In this document: piece by piece, positions 27,360 to 37,574 of the stretch
Layout of the letters: each line of letters starts with the position of its first letter
How positions within the stretch are numbered: the first letter of the stretch is position 1
Assembly: GCA_015066115.1 (NCBI GenBank)
Contig: SVOZ01000002.1
Span: 6,246-70,245, forward strand
Source of the DNA: Oscillospiraceae bacterium
GTDB lineage: Bacteria > Bacillota > Clostridia > Oscillospirales > Ruminococcaceae
Direction of reading: 5' to 3'
Length of the DNA: 64,000 nucleotides
Program-made: the position numbers and the translations under genes
The notes under the pieces: generated by a model
What the model was told of the DNA's origin: nothing
Database searches by the model: none
What the model saw: the letters and a program-made list of their open reading frames with translations, nothing else

Positions 27360-29282
27360 TTATTCAAGCTCGAATGCGCCTGTGTAAAGCTGATAGTAGG
27401 TTCCTTTTTCCTCTATGAGCTTTTTATGGTCGCCACGCTCAATAATTCTGCCGTGGTCAAGCACCATAATAACATCGGAATTCATAACTGTGGAAAGCCT
27501 GTGCGCGATAACAAAAACAGTTCTGCCCTCCATAAGCTTATCCATTCCGCGCTGGACTATTGCTTCGGTTCTTGTGTCTATTGACGAGGTTGCCTCATCA
27601 AGAATCATAACAGGCGGGTCGGCAACTGCCGCTCTTGCAATCGCGATAAGCTGACGCTGGCCTTGCGAAAGGTTTGAGCCATTATTAGAAAGTTCGGTGT
27701 TGTAGCCTTTGGGAAGCCTTGTGATAAAATCGTCCGCTCCCGAAAGTCTGGCCGCCTCTATGCACTCCTCGTCCGTGGCATCAAGTCTGCCGTAACGGAT
27801 GTTATCCATGACAGTGCCTGTAAAGAGGTTTGTTTCCTGCAAAACTATTCCGAGCGAGCGGCGCAGGTCGCTTTTCTTTATTTTATTGATATTTATGCCG
27901 TCATATCTTATCTTGCCGTCGGCAATATCATAAAAGCGGTTTATAAGATTTGTAATGGTGGTTTTGCCCGCTCCCGTTGCGCCGACAAAGGCAACCTTTT
28001 GGCCCGGCTTTGCATAAACTGAAATATTGTGAAGAACATCCTTGCCCTCCTCATAGGCAAAATCAACCTCTTCTAAGGTTACATCGCCCTTTAAGAGAGT
28101 GTAGGTAAGGCTTCCGTCGCTGTGGGGGTGTTTCCAGGCCCATTTGCCTGTTCTTACATCGCTTTCCTTTATGCTTCCATCCTCTGAAACCTCTGCGTTT
28201 ACAAGGGTTACATAGCCGTCGTCGGCTTCTGCCGCCTCATCCATAAGTGCAAAGATTCTTTGTGCTCCTGCCATACCCATAGCAATAGAGTTTACCTGCT
28301 GTGAAACCGTATTTATATTTCCCGTAAACTGCTTTGTCATATTAAGGAAAGGCACAAGGATCGAAATGGAAAAGACCTTTCCCGAAAGGCTTAAATTGGG
28401 AAGTCCGGACAAGAGGAAAAGACCGCCCACCATTGCAACAAGAACATACATAATGTTTCCAATGTTCATAATAATGGGGCCGAGGCTGTTTGCATAGGCG
28501 TGCGCCTTGAAGCTATCCTCATAAAGTTGCTCATTTATCTTGTCAAAATCCTTTTGGCTATCATTTTCGTGACAGAAAACCTTAACGACCTTTTGTCCAT
28601 TCATCATTTCCTGAACAAAGCCTTCGTTTTTACCCATTGCCTTTTGCTGACGGACAAAATATTTTGCTGAGCCGCCGCCTATTTTTTTGGAGACCAACAT
28701 CATAGCAAAAACTCCGAGCACTAAAAGAAGCGTCATCCAAATGCTGAAATAAAGCATTATGCTAAACACTACCGTAACGATTATTCCCGACTGAATCAAC
28801 GCAGGAATTGACTGCGAAACGAGCTGGCGAAGGGTGTCAATATCGTTGGTATAATGGCTCATTATATCGCCGTGTTTATTTGTATCAAAGTACTTTATGG
28901 GGAGATCTTGCATTCCACCAAACATCTTACGGCGCATTTTATCAAGGAAGCCTTGTGTCATATACGCCATAAGCTGTGACTGTGCTGTTATGCATATTAT
29001 TGATATAAGATAGAGGCTTGCAAGCAAAATTATCATAGGGATAATTTCCTCTTTTGCCGCTTCCCAGTTGCCCGTTGTAAACCATTTTTCAATTGATGCA
29101 AGCACCTCTTGCTGGAAAAGCGCAGGAATTGCCGAGGTTGCCGCCGAGAAGATTATGCAAACTACCGCAAGCGGAAACAGAACCGGATAAAAGCCCACAA
29201 GCATTTTAAAGGTTCTTGCGATGGGGTTTTTGCCCTTTTCAAATTTAGGTCTCGGAGGGCGCTGTGCATTATTTTTCTTCAT
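27360..29282 (-). CDS. ABC exporter, fused permease/ATPase (heterodimer partner 2)
   Basis: Six-TM N-terminal half, Walker A (GATGAGKTT), signature motif (LSQGQRQ) and Walker B (ILDEATS). I set the start at the ATG at 29282, after GGAGGTG. The ORF track starts at a GTG at 29291. Confidence 0.9.
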   Translation of the reverse strand: MKKNNAQRPPRPKFEKGKNPIARTFKMLVGFYPVLFPLAVVCIIFSAATSAIPALFQQEVLASIEKWFTTGNWEAAKEEIIPMIILLASLYLISIICITAQSQLMAYMTQGFLDKMRRKMFGGMQDLPIKYFDTNKHGDIMSHYTNDIDTLRQLVSQSIPALIQSGIIVTVVFSIMLYFSIWMTLLLVLGVFAMMLVSKKIGGGSAKYFVRQQKAMGKNEGFVQEMMNGQKVVKVFCHENDSQKDFDKINEQLYEDSFKAHAYANSLGPIIMNIGNIMYVLVAMVGGLFLLSGLPNLSLSGKVFSISILVPFLNMTKQFTGNINTVSQQVNSIAMGMAGAQRIFALMDEAAEADDGYVTLVNAEVSEDGSIKESDVRTGKWAWKHPHSDGSLTYTLLKGDVTLEEVDFAYEEGKDVLHNISVYAKPGQKVAFVGATGAGKTTITNLINRFYDIADGKIRYDGININKIKKSDLRRSLGIVLQETNLFTGTVMDNIRYGRLDATDEECIEAARLSGADDFITRLPKGYNTELSNNGSNLSQGQRQLIAIARAAVADPPVMILDEATSSIDTRTEAIVQRGMDKLMEGRTVFVIAHRLSTVMNSDVIMVLDHGRIIERGDHKKLIEEKGTYYQLYTGAFELE

Positions 29283-31017
29283 TCTGCTCACCTCCGCCTA
29301 TCTGCTGATAATATACTTCCTTGTAGATCTCGCTTTCAGAAATAAGTGTATCATGCTTGCCTACTGCAGAAATTTTGCCGTTATCCATAACTATTATCAT
29401 ATCGGCATCCTGCACCGATGATATACGCTGTGCGATAATGATCTTTGTAGTTTCGGGGATGTATTTCTTAAAGCCTTCGCGGATAAGGGCGTCTGTTCTT
29501 GTGTCGACGGCGCTTGTAGAGTCGTCAAGGACAAGGATTTTAGGTTTTCTCAAAAGGGCTCTGGCAATACAAAGGCGCTGTTTTTGACCGCCCGAAACAT
29601 TTGTGCCGCCCTGCTCTATCTTGGTTTCATATCCATCGGGGAAGGAAACAATAAAGTCGTGTGCCTGAGAAAGCTTGCAGGCTTCCTCTATCTCATCTTG
29701 AGCAGCCTCTTTATTGCCCCACAAAAGATTTTCGCGAATGGTTCCCGAGAACAAGAGGTTTTTCTGAAGCACCATAGCAACCGATGAGCGAAGCGCCTCT
29801 AAATCGTACTCTCTAACATCCCTGCCGCCTACCAAAACCGCGCCCTCGGTCGTATCATAAAGCCTTGCAACAAGCGAGACCAGGGTTGTTTTGCTTGAGC
29901 CTGTGCCGCCGATCACGCCGACTGTCATACCCGATTCGATAGCGAGGTTTATATTCGAAAGGGCAAATTTTTCTGCTTCTTTTGAATACTTAAAGTTTAC
30001 ATTTTTAAACTCTATACTGCCATCTTTAATCTCGCAAACAGGATTTTCGGGGTTTTTAAGCGAGCTCTCCTCGCTTAAAACCTCGCAAATTCTCTTCATT
30101 GACTCAATAGACATTGTGAGCATTACATAGATCATAGAAAGCATCATAAGCGACATTAAAACCTGCACACCATAGGTGAGCATTGCAGAAATCTGTCCGA
30201 TGTCAATGATCTGGCCCTTGCCGACAATTGTAAGGCGAGAGCCGACAAGCAGAACAAAGATCATATTAAAGTAAAGGCAGAACTGCATAATTGGAGTGTT
30301 CAGAGCTACCGTTCTCTCTGCCTTTGTAAAATCCGCTCTTATCTCATCCGAAGCGGTCATAAACTTTTTCTTTTCGTATTCCTCGCGCGAAAAGCCCTTT
30401 ACAACGCGCATCGCTCTAACATTTTCCTCGATAGACTCATTGAGTCTGTCATATTTTTTGAAAACCCTTCTGAATGCAGGCATTGCAAATCGAGCAACTG
30501 TTAAAAGACCTATTACAAGCACAGGAATTACAACAACAAAGGTTCCGGCTAAGCTTCCGCCCATAATATATGCCATAGTGATTGAAAAAATAAGCATAAG
30601 AGGAGCTCTTATTGCCGTTCTTATTATCATCATATATGACATCTGAACGTGAGAAACGTCGGTCGTCATACGGGTAACGAGTGATGACGAAGAAAACTTA
30701 TCGATATTTTCAAACGAAAAACCTTGAATTTTCTCAAACATATCGTGCCGCAGGTTCTTGGCAAAGCCGGCAGATGCCTTTGAGCAGGAAAAACCTGCTA
30801 TTGCACCGCAAGAGAGCGAAAGACAGGCAAGAATTGCGAGAAAAACACCGTTTTTTACAACAAAGCTCATCTCTGCCCCGGCCTTAATGGCGTTGACGAG
30901 ATTGGAAGTTATAAACGGAATAAAAACCTCGATAACCACCTCTAAAATTATAAAAAAGAGGGTTATAAAGGTCGGCTTTTTGTATTCTCTTATACATTTT
31001 GCAAGTTGTTTTAACAT
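29269..31017 (-). CDS. ABC exporter, fused permease/ATPase (heterodimer partner 1)
   Basis: Six-TM half, Walker A (GGTGSSKTT), signature motif (VSGGQKQR) and Walker B (LVLDDSTS). It overlaps the downstream partner gene. Confidence 0.9.
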   Translation of the reverse strand: MLKQLAKCIREYKKPTFITLFFIILEVVIEVFIPFITSNLVNAIKAGAEMSFVVKNGVFLAILACLSLSCGAIAGFSCSKASAGFAKNLRHDMFEKIQGFSFENIDKFSSSSLVTRMTTDVSHVQMSYMMIIRTAIRAPLMLIFSITMAYIMGGSLAGTFVVVIPVLVIGLLTVARFAMPAFRRVFKKYDRLNESIEENVRAMRVVKGFSREEYEKKKFMTASDEIRADFTKAERTVALNTPIMQFCLYFNMIFVLLVGSRLTIVGKGQIIDIGQISAMLTYGVQVLMSLMMLSMIYVMLTMSIESMKRICEVLSEESSLKNPENPVCEIKDGSIEFKNVNFKYSKEAEKFALSNINLAIESGMTVGVIGGTGSSKTTLVSLVARLYDTTEGAVLVGGRDVREYDLEALRSSVAMVLQKNLLFSGTIRENLLWGNKEAAQDEIEEACKLSQAHDFIVSFPDGYETKIEQGGTNVSGGQKQRLCIARALLRKPKILVLDDSTSAVDTRTDALIREGFKKYIPETTKIIIAQRISSVQDADMIIVMDNGKISAVGKHDTLISESEIYKEVYYQQIGGGEQNEEK

Positions 31018-31108
31018 TTACGCCGTGTGTCTCCTTTTTTACTTTTATCAACCTTATTATTATAATGTGTTTTATGCCTAAAATCAAGGAAGAAATTGTT
31101 AACAATGA

Positions 31109-31142
31109 TAAAAAAGTGCAGTCCTGCGACTGCACTTTTTTT
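31109..31142 (-). terminator. Rho-independent terminator after the decarboxylase operon
   Basis: AGTGCAGTC / GACTGCACT stem with loop CTGC, and A/T runs on both sides. Confidence 0.8.
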
Positions 31143-31145
31143 AGT

Positions 31146-32534
31146 TTAAAGACCTAAATCCTCGACGTAAAGCTCTTTTACATCATCTTGAGGAGCATAT
31201 TTCTTTTTAAGGAAGTTCTCTGCAACCTGCGGGAAGAGCGCGTAACTTAAAACGTCCTCTTCGCACTGTGCAAGCTCTCCTGCTTCCTTGCGATATTTAT
31301 CCATTTCGGGTTCTAAAAGGTCGGCGGGGCGGCAGGTGATGACCTCGTCATCTCCGATTGCCTTTTTGCGAACATCCTCGTTAACCTTAGCGGGAACGGC
31401 GCCGTACTCGCCGCGAAGAAGTCCCTTAGACTCTTTGGATACCATTTTATAGCGCTCGCCCATAAGCACATTCAGCACAGCCTGTGTGCCAACGATCTGG
31501 CTTGTGGGGGTAACAAGCGGAGGATAACCGAAATCCTCTCTTACACGGGGGATTTCCTTAAGCACGTCATAGTACTTATCCTCGGCATTTGCTTGTTTAA
31601 GCTGAGAAATAAGATTTGAAAGCATTCCGCCGGGAACCTGATACAAGAGGGTGTTTACATCGATCTTAAGCACCTTGGGGTCAAGGATGCCCTCTTTTGT
31701 AAGTTTATCGGAAACCGTTCTGAAATATGCGGCGGCGTCAGAAAGCTTTTTAAGATCTAAGCCTGTGTCGCGCTCAGAGCCTTGCAGTGTGGCAACAAGC
31801 GCCTCTGTTGCAGGCTGTGAGGTTCCGTTTCCTAAAGGCGAGAGAGCACAGTCAACAATATCAACTCCTGCCCATGCGGCCATAAGGTTTGTCATATCAC
31901 CTGTACCGGTTGTGTTATGGGTGTGAAGGTGGATAGGAACAGAAATATTTTCCTTAAGCTTTTTAACAAGGTTATATGCGTCGGTGGGAAGCAATAGGTT
32001 TGCCATATCCTTGATACAAATTGTATCGGCGCCCATTTGTTCTAAGGTTTTTGCAAGAGATACAAAGTATTCCTCATTGTGAACAGGGCTGGTGGTGTAG
32101 CTCATAGCGGCTTCACAATGACCGCCGTGCTTCTTAATGCTCTTTACAGCCTGCTCGATATTTCTGACATCATTAAGAGCATCAAAAACTCTGATAACCT
32201 CAATGCCGTTTTCGATAGACTTGCCGACAAATGCATCAACAACGTCGTCAGCATAGTGCTTGTAACCTAAAAGGTTCTGTCCACGAAGAAGCATCTGAAG
32301 GCGAGTTTTGGGCATAGCCTTTTTAAGAGCGCGAAGACGCTCCCAGGGATCTTCATTTAAAAAGCGCATACAAGCATCAAAGGTTGCGCCGCCCCAGCAT
32401 TCGAGCGACCAATAACCCATTTCGTCAAGCATTTCGCAAGCAGGAAGCATATCCTCAAGCTTCATTCTTGTGGCGGCCTGCGACTGATGCGCATCACGCA
32501 AAATAGTGTCTGTAATATAAAGTTTATTTGCCAT
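31146..32534 (-). CDS. oadA: Oxaloacetate decarboxylase alpha-type carboxyltransferase subunit (no biotinyl domain)
   Basis: 462 aa with ITDTILRDAHQS (HMGL-like/PYC_OADA start) and HLHTHNTTG metal ligands. It ends before any biotin-attachment motif. Confidence 0.85.
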   Translation of the reverse strand: MANKLYITDTILRDAHQSQAATRMKLEDMLPACEMLDEMGYWSLECWGGATFDACMRFLNEDPWERLRALKKAMPKTRLQMLLRGQNLLGYKHYADDVVDAFVGKSIENGIEVIRVFDALNDVRNIEQAVKSIKKHGGHCEAAMSYTTSPVHNEEYFVSLAKTLEQMGADTICIKDMANLLLPTDAYNLVKKLKENISVPIHLHTHNTTGTGDMTNLMAAWAGVDIVDCALSPLGNGTSQPATEALVATLQGSERDTGLDLKKLSDAAAYFRTVSDKLTKEGILDPKVLKIDVNTLLYQVPGGMLSNLISQLKQANAEDKYYDVLKEIPRVREDFGYPPLVTPTSQIVGTQAVLNVLMGERYKMVSKESKGLLRGEYGAVPAKVNEDVRKKAIGDDEVITCRPADLLEPEMDKYRKEAGELAQCEEDVLSYALFPQVAENFLKKKYAPQDDVKELYVEDLGL

Positions 32535-32546
32535 TTTTAAGCTCCT

Positions 32547-33734
32547 TTATTTAAACAGTGCAATCAAAACGCCTGCGGCGATTGCCGAACCGATAACACC
32601 CGCAACATTGGGACCCATAGCGTGCATAAGAAGGAAGTTTGAAGGGTTCTCCTTCTGTCCAACCGTCTGCGAAACGCGGGCGGCCATAGGAACAGCGGAA
32701 ACACCTGCCGAGCCAATGAGGGGATTCATCTTGTTCTTTGAGAAGAGATTCATAAACTTTGCAAGTAAAACTCCGCCTGCAGTTCCGCAGCCGAAGGCCA
32801 CAATTCCAACTATCATTATTGAAATTGTTTGAAGGTTTAAGAAGGAAGATGCAGTCGCAGTTGCACCGACAGAGATGCCAAGGAATATGGTAACAATATT
32901 CATAAGCTCATTCTGTGCGGTTTTGCAAAGGCGCTCTGCAACGCCCGATTCTTTCCAGAGGTTACCAAGCATAAGGCAGCCTACAAGAGGGGTTGCCGAA
33001 GGGACAAGAAGCGCCACAAATATTGTAACTGCTATGGGGAATATAATCTTTTCGGTTCTCGAAACCTCGCGAAGCGGCTTCATAACTATCTGGCGTTCCT
33101 TCTTTGTTGTCAGAGCCTTCATAATGGGAGGCTGAATAACAGGAACGAGCGCCATATATGAGTATGCCGCAACGGCAATAGGACCTAAAAGGTCGGGATA
33201 CAAAAGCGAAGTTGTATAAATAGCGGTAGGTCCGTCGGCTCCGCCGATTATTCCGATAGAAGCGGCGGCAGGCATTTCGAAGCCTAAAAGGGTTGCGCAA
33301 ACTACAAAGGTTGCAAAAATGCCTATCTGAGCGGCCGCGCCGAGTAATAGGCTCTTGGGGTTAGCAATAAGAGGACCGAAATCGGTCATAGCGCCTATTC
33401 CAAGGAATATAAGGCAGGGATAAATACAGGTTTTAACGCCTATATACAGATAGTCTAAAAGTCCGCCATCCTGCATAATTGTGCCGTAGCCTATCTCATG
33501 ATTCATAAACTTAAGCCAAAGCTCCGAGTGGTACATTTCTGCACCGGGGAGGTTTGTCAATAGCATACCAAATGCGATTCCGATAAGAAGAAGAGGCTCA
33601 AACTTTTTCTTTATAGCGAGCCACAGGAGAAGCAAGGAAACTAAAATCATAACTATGTTTCCCCAATTCTCTTTAAACTGAGCAATCAGCATATAAAAGC
33701 CTGTTTCCTCAATAAAATTCATAATTGCTTGCAT
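32547..33734 (-). CDS. oadB: Na+-translocating decarboxylase beta subunit
   Basis: 395 aa, polytopic, with [10 protein letters not shown] and OadB/GcdB/MmdB-like features. Confidence 0.85.
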   Translation of the reverse strand: MQAIMNFIEETGFYMLIAQFKENWGNIVMILVSLLLLWLAIKKKFEPLLLIGIAFGMLLTNLPGAEMYHSELWLKFMNHEIGYGTIMQDGGLLDYLYIGVKTCIYPCLIFLGIGAMTDFGPLIANPKSLLLGAAAQIGIFATFVVCATLLGFEMPAAASIGIIGGADGPTAIYTTSLLYPDLLGPIAVAAYSYMALVPVIQPPIMKALTTKKERQIVMKPLREVSRTEKIIFPIAVTIFVALLVPSATPLVGCLMLGNLWKESGVAERLCKTAQNELMNIVTIFLGISVGATATASSFLNLQTISIMIVGIVAFGCGTAGGVLLAKFMNLFSKNKMNPLIGSAGVSAVPMAARVSQTVGQKENPSNFLLMHAMGPNVAGVIGSAIAAGVLIALFK

Positions 33735-33756
33735 AGTGGTATCTCCTTAAAAGAGT

Positions 33757-34152
33757 TTATTCAATGGTGCAGAGAGCATCGCCCGACTGAACGGAAGCGC
33801 CTTTTACTACTCCTACAGAGGTAATTTTACCTGCTTTGGGAGCCATAATTTCATTTTCCATCTTCATAGCCTCTAAGATAAAGAGAACCTGACCTTCGCT
33901 AACTGTGTCGCCGACATTTACGTTAACTGCCAAAATGGTTCCGGGCATGGGGCAGGAAACGCTTTCGCCTGCGCCGGTAGCAGCTGCGGGAGCGGCGGCG
34001 GGTGCGGGAGCAGGTGCTGCTGCCGGGGCAGGAGCGGCGGCGGGTGCGGGTGCTGCTGCAGGAGCAGTGGGAACCTCGCCTAAAAGCTCTACCTCGATTT
34101 CAAACATTTCACCATTTACATTTACTCTATATTTTTTCATTTTTATCACCAT
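33757..34152 (-). CDS. Biotin carboxyl carrier subunit with an Ala/Pro linker
   Basis: C-terminal biotinyl domain with the EAMKMENEI motif, preceded by an (AAPAP)n linker. The start may instead be the ATG at 34140. Confidence 0.85.
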   Translation of the reverse strand: MVIKMKKYRVNVNGEMFEIEVELLGEVPTAPAAAPAPAAAPAPAAAPAPAPAAAPAAATGAGESVSCPMPGTILAVNVNVGDTVSEGQVLFILEAMKMENEIMAPKAGKITSVGVVKGASVQSGDALCTIE

Positions 34153-34156
34153 TTCC

Positions 34157-34459
34157 TTAGATTTTTTTAAACGATTTAACTCTTATTGCAGAAACATCTG
34201 TCCCGAGTTCTTCTGCAAGCACCGCACAAACTGCGGCAATTTTTTTAGAGCGGTCAGCGATAGGAGCTGCAGGGGCTGCTGCAGGTGCCGCTGCGGGAGC
34301 GGGTGCTGCTGCAGGAGCAGAAGCCTCTTTCTTTTCGCCATCGCCCGTAAGCTTTCTGCAAAGGAGCGAGACCACCGAACAAAGAATAACGATGGCTACA
34401 AGTCCCAAAAAGACTATTGAGACTCCAAGCAGACATACGAACCATACTGAAACTTCCAT
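34157..34459 (-). CDS. oadG: OadG-family decarboxylase gamma subunit
   Basis: An N-terminal TM helix followed by an Ala/Pro-rich linker, and a small protein, as in OadG. I set the start at the ATG at 34459, 6 nt after AAGGTGG. The ORF track starts at 34465. Confidence 0.7.
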   Translation of the reverse strand: MEVSVWFVCLLGVSIVFLGLVAIVILCSVVSLLCRKLTGDGEKKEASAPAAAPAPAAAPAAAPAAPIADRSKKIAAVCAVLAEELGTDVSAIRVKSFKKI

Positions 34460-34473
34460 TGACATCCACCTTT

Positions 34474-35679
34474 TTATTTATTTATGAATCGGCTCATTAT
34501 TTCAGGGCCCTTTTCAACAAAGATTCCCGTTCTGCTTGCTGTTTCCTCATTTACCGTCTCTACGCCGCTACTTACAGGCGCGTTTTTATGGTAAATTACA
34601 AAGGGAACGGGGTCGGACACGTGCGTTTTGAGAGAAAGCGGGGTTGCGTGGTCGGGCAAAATCATAATTTTGTAATCCTCGCCGCTCTCATCAAGATAAT
34701 TTTTAACGGTTTTTAAAACCTTTTCGTCTATAAGCTCTATTGCTTTTATCTTGTTTTCTGCCTCAAATCTGTGGCCGCACTCATCGGGCGCCTCAACATG
34801 CAGATAAACAAGCTCGCTTCCCTCTTTAAAGGCGTTTATTGCGGCTTGCGCCTTGCCCTCAAAATTGGTGTCGATATAGCCTGTGGCTCCCTCGACCTCG
34901 CAGACCTGCATCTCGGTTAATTTACCGATGCCTTTTATAAGGTCAACTGCCGAGATAACGCATCCTTTAAGGGAAAACTTGCTTTCAAAGGAGGGCATTT
35001 CACTTTTGTTTCCGCTTCCCCACAGCCAAATGCTGTTTGCGGGGCGAAGGCCTTTTTCAATCCTCTTAAGGTTAACAGGGTGGTCCTTTAAAAGCTCATG
35101 GCTCTTTTTCATAAGAGATAAAAATCTCTCATTCTCAGGAAGAAAATCTGTTATTTTTCTGCCTGTTATATCGTGCGGCGGAGTTGCCTCAAAAGAGCCG
35201 CCCAAGCCGTTTTTAAGAATAAGGCAATGCCTATAGCTTACGCCGACATAAAAATGAAGGTCATCCTCCGAAAGCTTTTCCTCCAAGAACTTTACAAGCT
35301 CTTCCGCCTCTTTTGATGAGATATCATCAGCGCAGTAATCAAGCATTGTTTTTTGTTTATAATCTTCTTCATCACTGAGGGTTACAAGATTGCATCTTGT
35401 TGCAATGTCTGAGCTGTCCATTTTTACACCGATGCTTGCCGCCTCTAAAGGAGAACGACCGGTGTAATACAAATGCGGATCATATCCCATGACCGAAAGG
35501 TTTGCAACATCGCTTCCCGGCTTAAAGGCATCGGCAACTGTTTTAACAAGGCCTACCTCACCGTTTGCGGCGCAAAAATCAATGTTTGGCTTGTTTGCGA
35601 GCATCATTGGAGTTTTGCCCGAAAGCACGTCGCTGGGATAGTCAGCCATTCCGTCGCAAAGAAGAACTAAATATTTCAT
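34474..35679 (-). CDS. apgM: Cofactor-independent phosphoglycerate mutase, archaeal ApgM type (alkaline-phosphatase superfamily)
   Basis: 401 aa with N-terminal KYLVLLCDGMADYP and C-terminal HVEAPDECGH motifs. Confidence 0.8.
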   Translation of the reverse strand: MKYLVLLCDGMADYPSDVLSGKTPMMLANKPNIDFCAANGEVGLVKTVADAFKPGSDVANLSVMGYDPHLYYTGRSPLEAASIGVKMDSSDIATRCNLVTLSDEEDYKQKTMLDYCADDISSKEAEELVKFLEEKLSEDDLHFYVGVSYRHCLILKNGLGGSFEATPPHDITGRKITDFLPENERFLSLMKKSHELLKDHPVNLKRIEKGLRPANSIWLWGSGNKSEMPSFESKFSLKGCVISAVDLIKGIGKLTEMQVCEVEGATGYIDTNFEGKAQAAINAFKEGSELVYLHVEAPDECGHRFEAENKIKAIELIDEKVLKTVKNYLDESGEDYKIMILPDHATPLSLKTHVSDPVPFVIYHKNAPVSSGVETVNEETASRTGIFVEKGPEIMSRFINK

Positions 35680-35837
35680 TTAGCATCATCCGTTTCTGTT
35701 TTGTTTTTGCTGTTTTTAAAAAAACCAAATTCAAATTTATTATATCTTAACTCGCGGGTAAAAGTCAACTGATTTGACTATTTTTTAACATATTTTTCCG
35801 TTTTTTTAAGCGGTTATACATATTGTTTCCTATTGGC

Positions 35838-35865
35838 TTGATTTTTTTAAAGTTTATGGTAAAAT
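35838..35865 (+). promoter_or_regulatory. Candidate promoter of the ACT/UPF0210 operon
   Basis: TTGATT (35838-35843), 16-nt spacer, TAAAAT (35860-35865). Confidence 0.4.
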
Positions 35866-35895
35866 AAAATGGTAAAAAATTAAGGAGTGAATAAT

Positions 35896-36165
35896 ATGCA
35901 GGCAGTTATTAGTGTTGTCGGTCGTGACAGGGTTGGAATTTTAAAGGATGTTGCCACAAAATGTGCCGACCGCAATGTTAATGTAATAGACGTTTCTCAA
36001 ACAGTTTTGAGAGATATGTTTACAATGATAATGTTAGTTGACATTTCAGAAATCAACATAAAATTCGGCGATTTTTCATTAGAGATGGAAGCCTTCGGCA
36101 AAGAGATCGGCATGGAGATCCGCGCAATGCACGAGGACATCTTTAATTCTATGCATCGCATTTAA
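35896..36165 (+). CDS. ACT domain protein (UPF0237 type)
   Basis: AVISVVGRDRVGILKDV is a typical ACT domain start. The ATG at 35896 lies 8 nt after AAGGAG. The ORF track starts at a GTG at 35887. Confidence 0.8.
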   Translation: MQAVISVVGRDRVGILKDVATKCADRNVNVIDVSQTVLRDMFTMIMLVDISEINIKFGDFSLEMEAFGKEIGMEIRAMHEDIFNSMHRI

Positions 36166-36177
36166 CGGGAGAGTAAT

Positions 36178-37536
36178 ATGTTTAACACAAAGGATATTCT
36201 TGAAACAATACATATGATATCTGACGAGCATCTTGATATCAGAACGGTTACAATGGGAATTTCCCTTTTAGACTGTGCCGACAGCGATATTGACTGCGCC
36301 TGTGAAAAGATCTACAACAAGATCACAAGCAGGGCAAAAAATCTCGTTTCGGTGTGCTCGGATATTGAGCGTGAGTACGGCATTCCCATTATAAACAAGC
36401 GCATTTCGGTTACTCCAATAGCTCTCGTTGCCGCCGCTTCTAAGGGCGGCGATGTTGTTAAATTTGCGCGCACACTACAGAAATGTGCCGACGAGGTGGG
36501 AGTAAACTTCATAGGCGGCTACAGCGCGCTTGTGCAAAAAGGCTTTGCCGCAGGCGACTTAGAGCTTATTGAAAGCATTCCCGAGGCACTTAATGTTACA
36601 CAAAACATTTGTTCTTCGGTTAACATCGGTTCAAGCAAGGCAGGAATCAACCTTGATGCAGTCGCTCTTATGGGAAGAATCATAAGGAAGTCTGCCGAGA
36701 TTACGGCCGACAGAGATTGCATAGGTCCCGCAAAGCTTGTTGTGTTCTGCAACGCGCCTGAGGACAATCCCTTTATGGCAGGCGCATTTCACGGAGTAAG
36801 CGAGCCTGACTGTGTTATAAACGTTGGCGTTTCGGGCCCCGGAGTTGTTAAATCGGCACTTGAAAGAAGCGAGGGACTTAACATCACAGAGGTTGCAGAG
36901 CTTATTAAGAGAACAGCATTTAAGATAACAAGAATGGGACAATTAGTGGCGCAGGAAGCTTCGCGCAGGCTGGGTGTTCCCTTTGGAATAGTTGACCTAT
37001 CTTTAGCGCCCACCCCTGCGGTTGGCGACTCGGTGGCTCACATTTTAGAGGAGATCGGGCTTTCGCAGTGCGGCTCTGCCGGCACAACTGCGGCGCTTGC
37101 CATTTTAAACGACGCCGTTAAAAAGGGCGGAGTTATGGCATCTTCCTCGGTTGGCGGACTTTCGGGAGCATTTATCCCCGTTTCTGAGGACGCAGGAATG
37201 ATAGCCGCCGCCAAAAACGGCACGCTCACCATTGAAAAGCTCGAGGCCATGACGGCGGTCTGCTCTGTCGGCCTTGATATGATAGTTATCCCGGGTGACA
37301 CACCTGCCGATGTTATTTCGGCGATTATTTTAGACGAAGCGGCAATCGGAATGGCAAACTTTAAAACAACCGCCGCCCGTCTTATCCCTGCCATTGGCAA
37401 AAATATGGGAGATATGCTCTCGTTTGGCGGACTTTTAGGCGAGGCTCCTGTTATGCCTGTTTCCACCGCTTCGCCTGCAAAGTTTATTTCGCGCGGCGGC
37501 CACATTCCCGCTCCCCTGCAAAGCCTTAAAAACTAA
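36178..37536 (+). CDS. UPF0210 (DUF711, PFL-like) protein
   Basis: 452 aa. The N-terminus [27 protein letters not shown] is characteristic of the family, as is its pairing with the upstream ACT gene. Confidence 0.8.
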   Translation: MFNTKDILETIHMISDEHLDIRTVTMGISLLDCADSDIDCACEKIYNKITSRAKNLVSVCSDIEREYGIPIINKRISVTPIALVAAASKGGDVVKFARTLQKCADEVGVNFIGGYSALVQKGFAAGDLELIESIPEALNVTQNICSSVNIGSSKAGINLDAVALMGRIIRKSAEITADRDCIGPAKLVVFCNAPEDNPFMAGAFHGVSEPDCVINVGVSGPGVVKSALERSEGLNITEVAELIKRTAFKITRMGQLVAQEASRRLGVPFGIVDLSLAPTPAVGDSVAHILEEIGLSQCGSAGTTAALAILNDAVKKGGVMASSSVGGLSGAFIPVSEDAGMIAAAKNGTLTIEKLEAMTAVCSVGLDMIVIPGDTPADVISAIILDEAAIGMANFKTTAARLIPAIGKNMGDMLSFGGLLGEAPVMPVSTASPAKFISRGGHIPAPLQSLKN

Positions 37537-37543
37537 TACAATT

Positions 37544-37574
37544 AAAAAGCCCACTCGTCAGAGTGGGCTTTTTT
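37544..37574. terminator. Bidirectional rho-independent terminator
   Basis: GCCCACTC / GAGTGGGC stem with loop GTCA, flanked by A5 and T6, placed between convergent genes. Confidence 0.8.

Noticed and set aside
33905-34420. 171-aa plus-strand ORF rich in Ala/Gly/Cys/Arg
   Set aside because: It is an artefact of reading the GC-rich Ala/Pro-linker repeats of the biotin carrier and OadG genes on the opposite strand. It spans two real genes.
35764-35778. Small palindrome GTCAA-CTGAT-TTGAC in the apgM / ACT divergent intergenic region
   Set aside because: The arms are only 5 bp in an AT-rich region, so it cannot be told apart from chance without comparative data.
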